DNA of 64,000 bases, from IMG/VR virus record IMGVR_UViG_3300036820_000018, positions 672 to 64,671 of that record; one strand, given 5' to 3'. Origin of the DNA: a virus. Taxonomy: Duplodnaviria > Caudoviricetes. Shown here piece by piece: positions 9,174-18,002 of the stretch. The notes beneath the pieces are model-generated. The model was not told where the DNA came from and did no database searches. It was given only the letters and a program-made list of their open reading frames with translations. Both the position numbers and the translations under genes were made by a program. Position 1 is the stretch's first letter; each line of letters opens with the position of its first letter.

Positions 9174-9344
9174 ATGCCCGCACCGAAGCGTGAGTACATG
9201 ACCCTGAATCTCCGCCTTTACCCGGAGGTCCATGACAGGGCGACGAAGCTGGCCTTCCGAAAGCGGATGAGCCTTAACGCACTTATCAACCAAGCGCTTA
9301 TGGAGTTCGTCACAGACGAGGAGGCTGACCATGAAGACGATTGA
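9174..9344 (+). CDS. ribbon-helix-helix (Arc-like) regulator
   Basis: TLNLRLYPEVHDRATKLA...SLNALINQAL. Confidence 0.75.
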   Translation: MPAPKREYMTLNLRLYPEVHDRATKLAFRKRMSLNALINQALMEFVTDEEADHEDD

Positions 9345-10167
9345 CGGGGTGCCTCAGCACGTCCGGCGCAAGCCCTTCCCGAAGATCCCTCAGGAGCACC
9401 TGCTCTGGGACTTCTTAGCTCGATGCCGCAAGATCGGGCTCAGCGAGTACACCATCACCAACCGGACCACGACATGCAGGCCGTTCTTGCTGCGGTTCCC
9501 CGATCCCACAGTCGTCACTGAAGACGACGTGCGCGAGTTCATAACGAGAGGTTCGACCCCAGAGTCGCGACGACAGATCCGTAACCAGATCAATCAGTTC
9601 TACATCTGGCTGATCAAGGAAGGGCAGGCGACCTACAACCCCGCTGCTGAGATCAGGATGGCGAAGGTGCCGGGGCTTCCCCACCCATGCCCTACGTGGG
9701 CTCTCAGAGCCGCCCTAGAGACAGCTGCGCCCCGGACTAAGGCGTTGATCCTCCTGGGGGCTTACGGAGGCCTACGGATCGGTGAGATCGTCGGGTTATG
9801 CGTGGAGGACATCGACTTCGAGGCTCAGAACATGAAGATCCGCGGCAAGGGAGACAAGCTGAGGATCGTCCCGATCAACTCAGACCTTATGGCTGCCCTG
9901 AAAGAGGTGCTGCCCGAGTCAGGCAAGGTGTTCTTCGGAGCCGAGACTGTGCGCGACCTCATCACAGAGCAGTTCAAAAGCGTCGGGGCAAAGGTCACAC
10001 CTCACGACTTAAGGCACTGGTGCGGGACGACGATCTACCGCACGACTCAGGACCTCATGCTCGTGGCGCGGATCTTGGGGCACTCGGACATTCAGACCGC
10101 GTTGATCTACACGAAGGCAGATACCTCGAAGGACCGCGAGAGGTTGGAAGGGTTGGCGACGGCGTGA
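9331..10167 (+). CDS. tyrosine recombinase/integrase
   Basis: GLRIGE, GKGDKLR, HDLRH, LGH...TALIY catalytic residues. Confidence 0.92.
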   Translation: MKTIDGVPQHVRRKPFPKIPQEHLLWDFLARCRKIGLSEYTITNRTTTCRPFLLRFPDPTVVTEDDVREFITRGSTPESRRQIRNQINQFYIWLIKEGQATYNPAAEIRMAKVPGLPHPCPTWALRAALETAAPRTKALILLGAYGGLRIGEIVGLCVEDIDFEAQNMKIRGKGDKLRIVPINSDLMAALKEVLPESGKVFFGAETVRDLITEQFKSVGAKVTPHDLRHWCGTTIYRTTQDLMLVARILGHSDIQTALIYTKADTSKDRERLEGLATA

Positions 10168-10388
10168 GGCTAGCGGGAGTCCGCAAGGCGATCCTCATCT
10201 TCATCACGGCCTACACGGAGCAGCATGGCTTCCCTCCCTCAGTCAGGGAGATCGGCAAGGCTGTCGGGCTCACCTCAACAGCGTCAGTCCACTACCACCT
10301 GTCGAAGCTCCAAGTCGAGGGGTACCTGACGAAGAACACCGCTGGCCCGAGGACAGTCGTGGTAGCGAAAAATGTTCAAGAGAGCTAG
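10164..10388 (+). CDS. LexA DNA-binding domain-only protein
   Basis: ILIFI...HGFPPSVREIGKAVGLTSTASVHYHLSKLQVEGYL...PRT; no peptidase domain. Confidence 0.85.
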   Translation: MRLAGVRKAILIFITAYTEQHGFPPSVREIGKAVGLTSTASVHYHLSKLQVEGYLTKNTAGPRTVVVAKNVQES

Positions 10389-10653
10389 ACCCGAAGCTAC
10401 CAAGGCGCCGCCCGTCCTCCCGCCGAAGCCACCCAAGCCCCCGAAGTTGTGGGTGCTCAGAGACACCGAGACGGTCTTCACTGCTCCTGACGGCCGGACC
10501 ATCCCGATCACATTTCTGTGGGAGGTCTTCAAGCAACTGGAGGCCTCTCAGTGGGATCTCATGGAGAGGGGCTATGTCGTCCGGCGCTTCGCTGAGTATC
10601 TGGGTGTGAAGAAAGAACCACACAACGAAAGCCCGCCACCCCCTAATGGATGA
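10372..10653 (+). CDS. hypothetical protein
   Basis: 93-aa ORF before the terminator. Confidence 0.55.
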   Translation: MFKRARPEATKAPPVLPPKPPKPPKLWVLRDTETVFTAPDGRTIPITFLWEVFKQLEASQWDLMERGYVVRRFAEYLGVKKEPHNESPPPPNG

Positions 10654-10669
10654 CTGACCCCCAGACGCG

Positions 10670-10709
10670 AAAAGAAGCCCTCCTCCCCGCAGGGAAGAGG
10701 GCTTCTTTA
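10670..10709. terminator. bidirectional intrinsic terminator
   Basis: AAAAGAAGCCCTC...GAGGGCTTCTTT between convergent operons. Confidence 0.8.
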
Positions 10710-10751
10710 GTTCAGCGGATAGAGCACCGGTTTCGCACCGGGCCGAAGGTT
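10701..10751 (+). pseudogene. truncated tRNA-like sequence
   Basis: 7 nt-TA-GTTC-AGCGGATA-GAGC-A-CCGGT-TTCGC-ACCGG-GCC-GAAGG-TT, then breaks off. Confidence 0.4.
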
Positions 10752-10754
10752 ATG

Positions 10755-11459
10755 TCAGAACGGAACCGGAGTCACGGTAAAGCCAGCGACACCGACTGAG
10801 GCTGCAGGGTCCCCACCTTCCCACCCGATGAACCAGTTCCCTGGTAGCCCATCTGTTGTGAGAAGCGCCTGATAGGCACCGACGTCATTGCGGATGATGG
10901 CCCCGACCCCGCCGTAGGTCCAAGTCTCTGAAGGTGCCCCTTCCCCTGCGACAAAGGTCAGAGAAACGACCCCGGGATCGGTGGGCATTCCTTCGGACTG
11001 CGGGGGGAACTGCGTGAAGGTTGCCTGGGTCATCACCGCGTTGCCCTCGTAGAGAGGGTTCGTGCAGGGGAAGCAGATGACCTGACAAGTAGCGGGGCCT
11101 ATGGCTATAACCGCGGAAGTGACGACCGAGTCAGAGACGCTGACGACGTCAGAGACACCGACGGAGGGCAGCCTCTCTTGGACCAACACGGTGTCATAGA
11201 GAAAGACCAGGACCGCCGAAGGACCCGCTGCGTCTGTGACAAGAACGATGTCGACGACACCGGTCGCCTGTACTGGGATCCCGACTCTGTCGGTCACATG
11301 AACCGTGTCGGAGACAACCGCCCCTTCTCCAGCACTGGCATCGTGGACGAGCACGATGTCTGTGATCATCGTCGGAGCAGCCCCACCGAGATAGCCCGGT
11401 GCGGCTAGCCCCGGTGCGGCTAGCCCTGGAGCGGCAGAGAAGGCAGGGATGGCAGGCAT
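10755..11459 (-). CDS. putative tail-tip/fibre-associated protein (paralogue of 13100-14008)
   Basis: D(T/I/V)VxVxD repeats plus C-terminal beta domain ending VGVAGFTVTPVP. Confidence 0.65.
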   Translation of the reverse strand: MPAIPAFSAAPGLAAPGLAAPGYLGGAAPTMITDIVLVHDASAGEGAVVSDTVHVTDRVGIPVQATGVVDIVLVTDAAGPSAVLVFLYDTVLVQERLPSVGVSDVVSVSDSVVTSAVIAIGPATCQVICFPCTNPLYEGNAVMTQATFTQFPPQSEGMPTDPGVVSLTFVAGEGAPSETWTYGGVGAIIRNDVGAYQALLTTDGLPGNWFIGWEGGDPAASVGVAGFTVTPVPF

Positions 11460-13099
11460 TACTTCGGCGGGTAGTAGCTCGTCGTTGTGATGGTCGGGGT
11501 CCCGTTAGTCCAGCTCGGAGTAAAGCCTCCTCGAGCAGCGAGAGCGAAGTGAATCGAATTGCCAGCTTGGGCTGTCCCGCAACTGATTTGGTTCGCTGGA
11601 GCTCCGACCGTCGCGGTACATGTCGCTCCGGTCGCTGAGTTCGCCGTCATATGCACGAAGACTGGCATGGGATTCGGGTTGTAGATCAGAGTCCCGCTCC
11701 CAGACAGCGTGCACTGAGTGATATTGCTCGAGTTGTCGATCCACGGGGCGATCACGTTCGGCGGCCCGGTGATCCCCTTTAGGAGGGCATTGTTCTCTGT
11801 CGACAGATCAGCAAAGAAGTTCGGGTAGGCATTGGTGGCGCTTGGGGTGCCCTTGTTGACCACTGGGTTGGTGATGGTCACGTTCTGGACGTTGACGAGG
11901 TCAGGGTTGAAGTGCCTGATGCTGATGTCCGAAGGGAACTGGCTGGTAGACGACTGGGTGTAGTCGAAGAACATCAGAGGCATCTGAGCCTGGGTGCCCC
12001 ACGGGCGGATGATGTCGATGAACTCGATCGTTATGTCGTCACACCGTCCGAACCAAATCGCCACACACGCATACTGGCTGGCTGCCGAAGAAACGTTGGA
12101 ATGATTGACGTAGAGGAGCCCGATCCGCATCGAGTGAGTGTCGCCACCAGGGGAAGACCAGTAGGTGCCGAGGTTGAGGGCTGCAGCAGCTTGGCCGCTA
12201 CCAATGATGAGGGCGGCGTTCGCGTTGAAGGCGTAGTGATCCAGAGTGTTCTGAGAGGAGTTTCCACCGCTTGCGGACTGGTCGTAGTTCAGGCCCTGGA
12301 CAAACCCCGCGACAGTGAGGAAATCAGTGTGGACGAAGCTCGTGGACTCAAAGAGGATCGGGGTCTGGCCGTACTGGACCGGGGAAAGGCTCGACCCACC
12401 GTGCGCTGTCGGACCGTTGAAGCAGAGGTTCTGAACCATCCCGCCTTGGAGAAAGGACCCTGACCCCGAGGTACTGCCACCCCAGATAATGCCGGGGTAC
12501 CCCTGGAGGTTCGGGAAATTCAAGACACATGAGGACTTCCCGAGAGTCAACCCGGGCGGGGTGTCAGAAGCGAAGATCACACCGTCTGACCCCTGGGTGA
12601 TGCTCCCCGCTGTGCCCGTCTCAGAGAACATGAAGTTCCCGTCGGGGATCCAGACCTTGGTCGGCTTCCCTGTCGCCGCAGCGTTGGCTGCAGCCTGTGT
12701 GAAGGCATTCTGCAGCTGAGTGTCGGAGAAGGTCGAGCCTGACGGGTCCATCCCGAACTCCACAACCCCGTTGAGGGTGTTGTAAGGCGAGATGTTGTTG
12801 ACGAACTGCGACAAGATCACGATCAAAAGAGGAGCGCCGGGGCTGTGGGTGAAAGAGAACCCAGGGCTCGCCAAGGTAAGAGACGTCTGAGTTGCAGTCG
12901 CTATGACGACAACGTTCTCAGGGTTGGAACTCCCATAGTCGACAAGCAGCCCGTAGATCTCATTGTCTGCGAGGACTGGCCAATCACCGTTAGTGATCGT
13001 GATATTTGCCGCGACCCCGCCTGGGTTCACGGTGCCCTGGAGAGTGGCCGTGCAGTAGTCCGAGAACACGAACTGGCCCGGGACAATCGGAGCACCCAC
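11459..13099 (-). CDS. tailspike-like beta-helix protein
   Basis: VVEFGMDPSG...DTQLQNAF...KVWIPDGNF resembles a pectin-lyase-fold cap. Confidence 0.7.
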   Translation of the reverse strand: MGAPIVPGQFVFSDYCTATLQGTVNPGGVAANITITNGDWPVLADNEIYGLLVDYGSSNPENVVVIATATQTSLTLASPGFSFTHSPGAPLLIVILSQFVNNISPYNTLNGVVEFGMDPSGSTFSDTQLQNAFTQAAANAAATGKPTKVWIPDGNFMFSETGTAGSITQGSDGVIFASDTPPGLTLGKSSCVLNFPNLQGYPGIIWGGSTSGSGSFLQGGMVQNLCFNGPTAHGGSSLSPVQYGQTPILFESTSFVHTDFLTVAGFVQGLNYDQSASGGNSSQNTLDHYAFNANAALIIGSGQAAAALNLGTYWSSPGGDTHSMRIGLLYVNHSNVSSAASQYACVAIWFGRCDDITIEFIDIIRPWGTQAQMPLMFFDYTQSSTSQFPSDISIRHFNPDLVNVQNVTITNPVVNKGTPSATNAYPNFFADLSTENNALLKGITGPPNVIAPWIDNSSNITQCTLSGSGTLIYNPNPMPVFVHMTANSATGATCTATVGAPANQISCGTAQAGNSIHFALAARGGFTPSWTNGTPTITTTSYYPPK

Positions 13100-14008
13100 C
13101 TAGACCTCCATAAACGCGGGGAGAGGGGCCACCGAGATTCCGGCGACTCCGACGGCAGAACAAGGTGTGCTGCCAACCCATTTAGTCATCCATGATCCGG
13201 GGAGCCCAGAGGTGCTCAGGACTGCGTAGTAGTAGCCGACCCCGTTACGGAGAGCAGTGACGTTGACAACGGTCCCATCCCCCTGTCTGATTGTGAGGGT
13301 GACAGATCCAGGATCGACAGGGACCCATTGAGCCACAGGTGCGTCGAGCTCCGCAGCAAGGAACTGAACCTCAGCCTGCAGGGCACATCCCTCGATCAAG
13401 TTCCCTCCAATCGGGGCGATGAAGACCTGAGCGATCCCAGCGACAGGGGCGAGGGAGACGGACCCTTCCGCTAAATCCGCGACCAGCGCCTGATCAAAGA
13501 TGAAAACGTGAACCGCTGAAGCTGAGTCAAAGACGAGCACCGTGTCGTGGGCAAAGGCCATCGTGACTGGTGTCGATGCTGAGTCAGTGACCAGCACTGT
13601 GTCGTAGATGGGTACAACACCGAAGCCAACAGCAGAGTCAGTGACGAGAACGGTGTCACGGACAGCGACCTCTTGCCTTGGAGCGTAAGCAGAAACTGAG
13701 TCGGCAACAGTGACAAAGTCAAAGACGTACGCACCGTGGAAGATGAGATAACCACCTGTGGTGGCAGCGCCGGTCAGGGCCTGGCCCGTCCCGAGCCGAC
13801 GGATCGTCGAGCCGGTACGCGCGTTGCCAGTAGCCCGAGGTTGTGCAAGAGGCGCCTGAGAGCTGAGGGGGCTAAGAGGGTTGACGGGCCATCCCGTCGA
13901 GCCCTCCCCTGTCCTCTTCGCTCCTGTCCCTACAGAGCCTGGAGATCCGCCTGTGTACTGACCCCCGGTGAGCCCTTGGCCTGTCCCACCTCGGCCTCTC
14001 TGGGGCAT
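13100..14008 (-). CDS. putative tail-tip/fibre-associated protein (paralogue of 10755-11459)
   Basis: DTVLVTDSA repeats plus C-terminal domain ending VGVAGISVAPLP. Confidence 0.65.
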   Translation of the reverse strand: MPQRGRGGTGQGLTGGQYTGGSPGSVGTGAKRTGEGSTGWPVNPLSPLSSQAPLAQPRATGNARTGSTIRRLGTGQALTGAATTGGYLIFHGAYVFDFVTVADSVSAYAPRQEVAVRDTVLVTDSAVGFGVVPIYDTVLVTDSASTPVTMAFAHDTVLVFDSASAVHVFIFDQALVADLAEGSVSLAPVAGIAQVFIAPIGGNLIEGCALQAEVQFLAAELDAPVAQWVPVDPGSVTLTIRQGDGTVVNVTALRNGVGYYYAVLSTSGLPGSWMTKWVGSTPCSAVGVAGISVAPLPAFMEV

Positions 14009-14011
14009 GGC

Positions 14012-15160
14012 TTATGAGAGTCTGAAGGCGAAGGCGGTCTGGCTGCCAACGCTACCTGTGGCCAAGCTGGCTCCTGTGGTGCTCGCCCCGGGGGTGATGT
14101 TCAGGCCCACCGTTGTTGAGGCAGAAGTCACTACTGCTATCCCCATCGCTGTTGCCCCACTGACGTGAGAGGCGAAGGCGGGGGATATCCCGGTCTGGGC
14201 GCCTAGCGGAGTGATCGTCCCACCTGAGTCGATCGTTAGCTGCACCTTGAACGAGTCCGACGCTGTTGAGTTGGTAATAGTACCTACAGCGAAAACCAAC
14301 CATGTCCCGGTTGCGAGAGCTAGAGCGAGCCCGGTAGGGGTGGTAGTACCTGCGGAGAGGCTGACGCCACCGCTGGGGGGAGCCCCTGTGAGAAGTGAGC
14401 CGGCCGATGGTGTCCCGAACCCGTAGTAGTAGGCCGTCCCATCGCTATAGAGGTCGACAACCTGGTACTGAGACAGGTAGATCGGTGAGTTGACCCCGTT
14501 CAGATTGAGGGTCTGGGGAGTGACCTCGACTTCAGTCGCGTTCAAGTTCAGAATGCGGACGTGCCATCCGTTGGTCGGGGCTGTCGCAGGCAAAGTCCCG
14601 ACAAGGCTTGACCCGTTGAAGGTGAAGTAGTTCCCCGTGTCACCTGTAACGAAGGGGTAGTTGGCTGTCTTCGCTACGACGGTCGAAGAAGCTCCTCCTG
14701 AAGACTGAATGACAGTCATGGACTTGTCAGTGATCAGGTTCGTGACGATCGCAGTCGTTGATGTCGCTACGTAGATCTCGCCGAGAGCCACAGAACTTGA
14801 TGGAATCGATGGCTTGACCGGGTAGTTCCCCGTGGTCGCAGGAGAGCCCTCCACAACGACGAGCCCTGTCCCCACGGTGTAGACGACAAGGTCCCTACGG
14901 TCGCCTGAAGTCGAGGCTGCAGCGACGGTGAGAGGAGATCCTCCGGTCGCAGTCACCGAGTAAGTGGACGCTCCGTAGAGGACTGTCCCCGATGAAACAG
15001 CAACCTTCATATCTGAGCCGGTGTCCTGAGACACCTGTGCCCCTGAGATCACCCCATTGCCGTTGATCCCCGCCTGGATGATGGCGTAGTCGGTTTGGTC
15101 ACAGACGGTCTGTCCGTAGAAGGCAGGACCGCTCTGTACGTTCGGCAATGTCCAAGTCAT
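14012..15160 (-). CDS. tail fibre / minor tail protein
   Basis: G/S/T-rich; GVISG...RRDLVV...ALGEIYV...ITDK head; KTANY...TLP module. Confidence 0.7.
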   Translation of the reverse strand: MTWTLPNVQSGPAFYGQTVCDQTDYAIIQAGINGNGVISGAQVSQDTGSDMKVAVSSGTVLYGASTYSVTATGGSPLTVAAASTSGDRRDLVVYTVGTGLVVVEGSPATTGNYPVKPSIPSSSVALGEIYVATSTTAIVTNLITDKSMTVIQSSGGASSTVVAKTANYPFVTGDTGNYFTFNGSSLVGTLPATAPTNGWHVRILNLNATEVEVTPQTLNLNGVNSPIYLSQYQVVDLYSDGTAYYYGFGTPSAGSLLTGAPPSGGVSLSAGTTTPTGLALALATGTWLVFAVGTITNSTASDSFKVQLTIDSGGTITPLGAQTGISPAFASHVSGATAMGIAVVTSASTTVGLNITPGASTTGASLATGSVGSQTAFAFRLS

Positions 15161-15218
15161 TAGCGATTCCTTTTAGCAAGAGAAGACATGTGGAAATGGA
15201 CAAAAGCCCAGGTCGGAC

Positions 15219-16295
15219 CTAACTCCCGGACACGGTGTCGGTGACCGTTGCTTGGTCAGAAACGTGCTGCACTGAAAATGGCGCAGAGAAGGATGTCTCT
15301 AAGAACATCGTGATCCCTGAGCCCAGGACCACCCCAGCGAAAGCCCCCATCGCATAGAAAGACAACGGCGATCCCTGGGCTGTCCCGAGCGTATAGACCG
15401 CTGTGATCGTGTAACTCGCGGGGCTAACCGAGCTGGTCAGGGCGTAGGTACAGATCTTGCGGCCCATCCCAGAGATTGAGGATTCTCCCGAGAGAGAAAC
15501 GTCGCTCGGCGAAGGGGTGATATTGGTAGTGGTAATCCCCATGTACCAGGCAGCCACTGAACCACCCGAGGGGACGCCGAAGAACCCTGAAGCGTTCGGG
15601 GTAGTCCCTGCTGCGCCTGTCTCAGGCATCATGTACCACTGATCAACCGTGAAGGTCGGAGAAGTTCCTGAAGTATGCGAGATGATGTTCCCGAAGACCA
15701 TGCCTCCCGAGGCGAGCGAGGCGTAGATCCGATAGTCCGCGAACTGATTCGCGCTTAGCCCTACGCTTACTGTGCCCTGAAGGGTGGTGCCCGTTGCGGA
15801 CGAGCTCGTTCCTGTGGTGCCTGTAGAGCCTCCACCGAGAGCGTTGCCCCATAAGGCTCTTCCGGTGTTAGTGAGTAGAGCGTCAGGCCCTATGGCCCCT
15901 TGAGGAACCCCAGGAGCCACATCCTTAGCTCCGACCCTGCGCCAGTAGTCCTCGTAGTCACCTGGTCTGCCCACGGGGCACTGGTAATACTCAGAAAGCA
16001 CTCGAGCAATGTCGTCATGATCAGACCAGACAAAGGCAGGGTCGCGACGAGAGTGAGCATTCCAGATCCCAGCGTGGGGATGGGTGACAGCGACGAGAGC
16101 CTCGTGGTCGGGCATGTGGGTGGGCTGACCCACTGAGACGCGCTCGATCTGAGCGAGTTCGGCTCCAGAAAATCCCTCTGCGTGGGTGTACGCCGCGGGA
16201 ACGTGGACATAGGTGATGGCCTTGTTCCCAGCCCCAGGCCCTGTAGGCCGGTGGTTGCCGAACTCGATGTTGACTGGCCTATCAAGGACTGGCAT
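15219..16295 (-). CDS. minor tail/structural protein
   Basis: G/S/T-rich protein in the tail module. Confidence 0.6.
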   Translation of the reverse strand: MPVLDRPVNIEFGNHRPTGPGAGNKAITYVHVPAAYTHAEGFSGAELAQIERVSVGQPTHMPDHEALVAVTHPHAGIWNAHSRRDPAFVWSDHDDIARVLSEYYQCPVGRPGDYEDYWRRVGAKDVAPGVPQGAIGPDALLTNTGRALWGNALGGGSTGTTGTSSSATGTTLQGTVSVGLSANQFADYRIYASLASGGMVFGNIISHTSGTSPTFTVDQWYMMPETGAAGTTPNASGFFGVPSGGSVAAWYMGITTTNITPSPSDVSLSGESSISGMGRKICTYALTSSVSPASYTITAVYTLGTAQGSPLSFYAMGAFAGVVLGSGITMFLETSFSAPFSVQHVSDQATVTDTVSGS

Positions 16296-16304
16296 TGAGT
16301 CTCC

Positions 16305-16577
16305 TTAGACGTGAGGAATCGGGGCAGGGACAAGCGCGACGCCCACAGGAGGAGCGGGGGCAGCCGCTGCAACGGCTTTGGCCTTGGCAGAAGTGGCCGC
16401 TACCGAGGCGACGTGATAGCCCGGGATGGCGATGAGAGCCGCTGAGATGGCCAGGAGCACCCCTTGAGCAGCAGTCGAGAGGTGCGACCCGTAGATCGGG
16501 GTGAGGACCGCTCCTGCGACCCCTGCGAGGGAGTGCAGGACAGAAACGATTAGCGGGAGGTTGACGTTGACCTTCAT
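16305..16577 (-). CDS. holin-like membrane protein
   Basis: Two hydrophobic segments in 90 aa; GAAAGGGAACC upstream. Confidence 0.55.
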   Translation of the reverse strand: MKVNVNLPLIVSVLHSLAGVAGAVLTPIYGSHLSTAAQGVLLAISAALIAIPGYHVASVAATSAKAKAVAAAAPAPPVGVALVPAPIPHV

Positions 16578-16693
16578 TTTGGTTCCCTTTCTCACGGTGA
16601 TTTGCTATCGAGACGAAGGCTGAATGCCGTCTTGAATGCTTGAGCGGCTGGCGATTGGCCAGAAGTCGCTCAGGAGTCGATGCCAGAACCAAC

Positions 16694-17941
16694 TCACGGC
16701 AGTGCAGCAACCGCCGGCCCCTGCACCGGACTGACCGGGCAGTACACGTACCGCAGTCCCTTCGCCACGTTCTGACAGACGGTCACTCCTCGAGGCGACC
16801 AGTCCACGCCCTGGCGGTTGAGCGGGAAGGCGTTGTCGTCGATCTCGGTCGTCTTGGCATCGACAGGTCCCCAGATCCACACGCCAGGCCGACTGAAGTT
16901 GGCCGACGATGACTCCTCGGTTGCCGTGTTCGAGTCGATGCGGATGTTCTCCGACGCAAGCGCGGGGTGAATCAGGACGGTCATCTCGCCTGTGATCGTG
17001 TTGTTCGAGAACTGCAGACGGTCGATCGCGCTCCCCGTCTGGGCCGACAGGACCGCGGCCGAATGGGTGTCGTTGATCGTGTTGTGCAGGATGTCGAGAT
17101 CGTCCTGGTAACCACCGACGGCATCGACCTCTACGTCGAAGACTGCGTCGGGGACGCCCGAGAGGGTGTCATCGGAGAACGTCACGTGATTGGCGAGGAT
17201 GATCGACAGCCCCTGACGGCCGGTACCCGAGCAGGTCGAGTCAGTGACCGTGACGTTGGTGGCGGGGTACTCGTAGCCGACGCCGCCGGATGCCTCATGG
17301 AGAGACTGAGCATCGACGCAGTCGCCGTATGGGTCGGACATCTTGGTGTCGGTGACCTCTGCGTACTGGGTGCCGTCGAAGCTGATGAAGGTGTCCTGCT
17401 CAGTCGGACCGCCCGCCGTCCCTTTATTCGGCCCACGGAAGGTCATGTCCTTCACGGTGATGTGACAGCCCCCCTCGAAGACGACGGGCTCGACGATCGG
17501 CTCAGTGCCGGGATCAGCGAGGAAATCTGTGTCGCTGGCCTTTGTGAACCCGCGGTTGCCGCAGTACGCCGCACCGTTGGGGAGGGTGTCGAAGGTGTCA
17601 CCGACAAGGGCCGCTGTCTCCTTGATGGTCCCGTTCTCCAGGGTGAAGTTCCGGAAGTCGCGCAGGAACATCGACCCGTTGACGAGGAAGCAGCCGCCGG
17701 AAAGGTCTACGACTTCACCTGTTCGTGGCAGTGAGTAGAGCCATTTCGCCAGCGCCTTGGTGTCATCAGACGCGCAGGTCTGATTGATCGACGCAGGCGG
17801 GCTCACCACGTTGGTCGCCACGGCTGGTTTCTGAGCCGCAGGAGCCTTCGTCGTGGTCGTGGCGGCGTGCGTCTGAGAGCAGGCGGCGAGGGCCACAGCG
17901 GCGAACAGAGCCACCAATAACGGGAGAATGCGGCGCCTCAT
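16694..17941 (-). CDS. lipoprotein with right-handed beta-helix domain
   Basis: MRRRILPLLVALFAAVALAAC lipobox; GDCVD, NVTVTDSTC, RQGLSI, DVE, ILHNTI repeats. Confidence 0.75.
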   Translation of the reverse strand: MRRRILPLLVALFAAVALAACSQTHAATTTTKAPAAQKPAVATNVVSPPASINQTCASDDTKALAKWLYSLPRTGEVVDLSGGCFLVNGSMFLRDFRNFTLENGTIKETAALVGDTFDTLPNGAAYCGNRGFTKASDTDFLADPGTEPIVEPVVFEGGCHITVKDMTFRGPNKGTAGGPTEQDTFISFDGTQYAEVTDTKMSDPYGDCVDAQSLHEASGGVGYEYPATNVTVTDSTCSGTGRQGLSIILANHVTFSDDTLSGVPDAVFDVEVDAVGGYQDDLDILHNTINDTHSAAVLSAQTGSAIDRLQFSNNTITGEMTVLIHPALASENIRIDSNTATEESSSANFSRPGVWIWGPVDAKTTEIDDNAFPLNRQGVDWSPRGVTVCQNVAKGLRYVYCPVSPVQGPAVAALP

Positions 17942-18002
17942 GCTGGCGGGGCTGGCGCATCGAGCTGGCGCAGTAGGGATGCGAGGCGTTGGGTGTCGAG
18001 TG

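Noticed and set aside
8958-9344. 128-aa ORF from the track
   Set aside because: The N-terminus is antisense to the exonuclease; the likely start is ATG 9174
9798-10388. 196-aa ORF from the track
   Set aside because: Only the last 74 aa (GTG at 10164) look real; the rest is an off-frame overlap with the recombinase
11395-11430. Short tandem repeat GCGGCTAGCCC
   Set aside because: Encodes the protein repeat PGLAA; only two copies
9331-15160. Recombinase-driven tail fibre inversion system
   Set aside because: All fibre genes are co-oriented and no inverted crossover repeats were seen
16605-16675. Two small intergenic hairpins
   Set aside because: Short and imperfect in GC-rich DNA; cannot be told from chance
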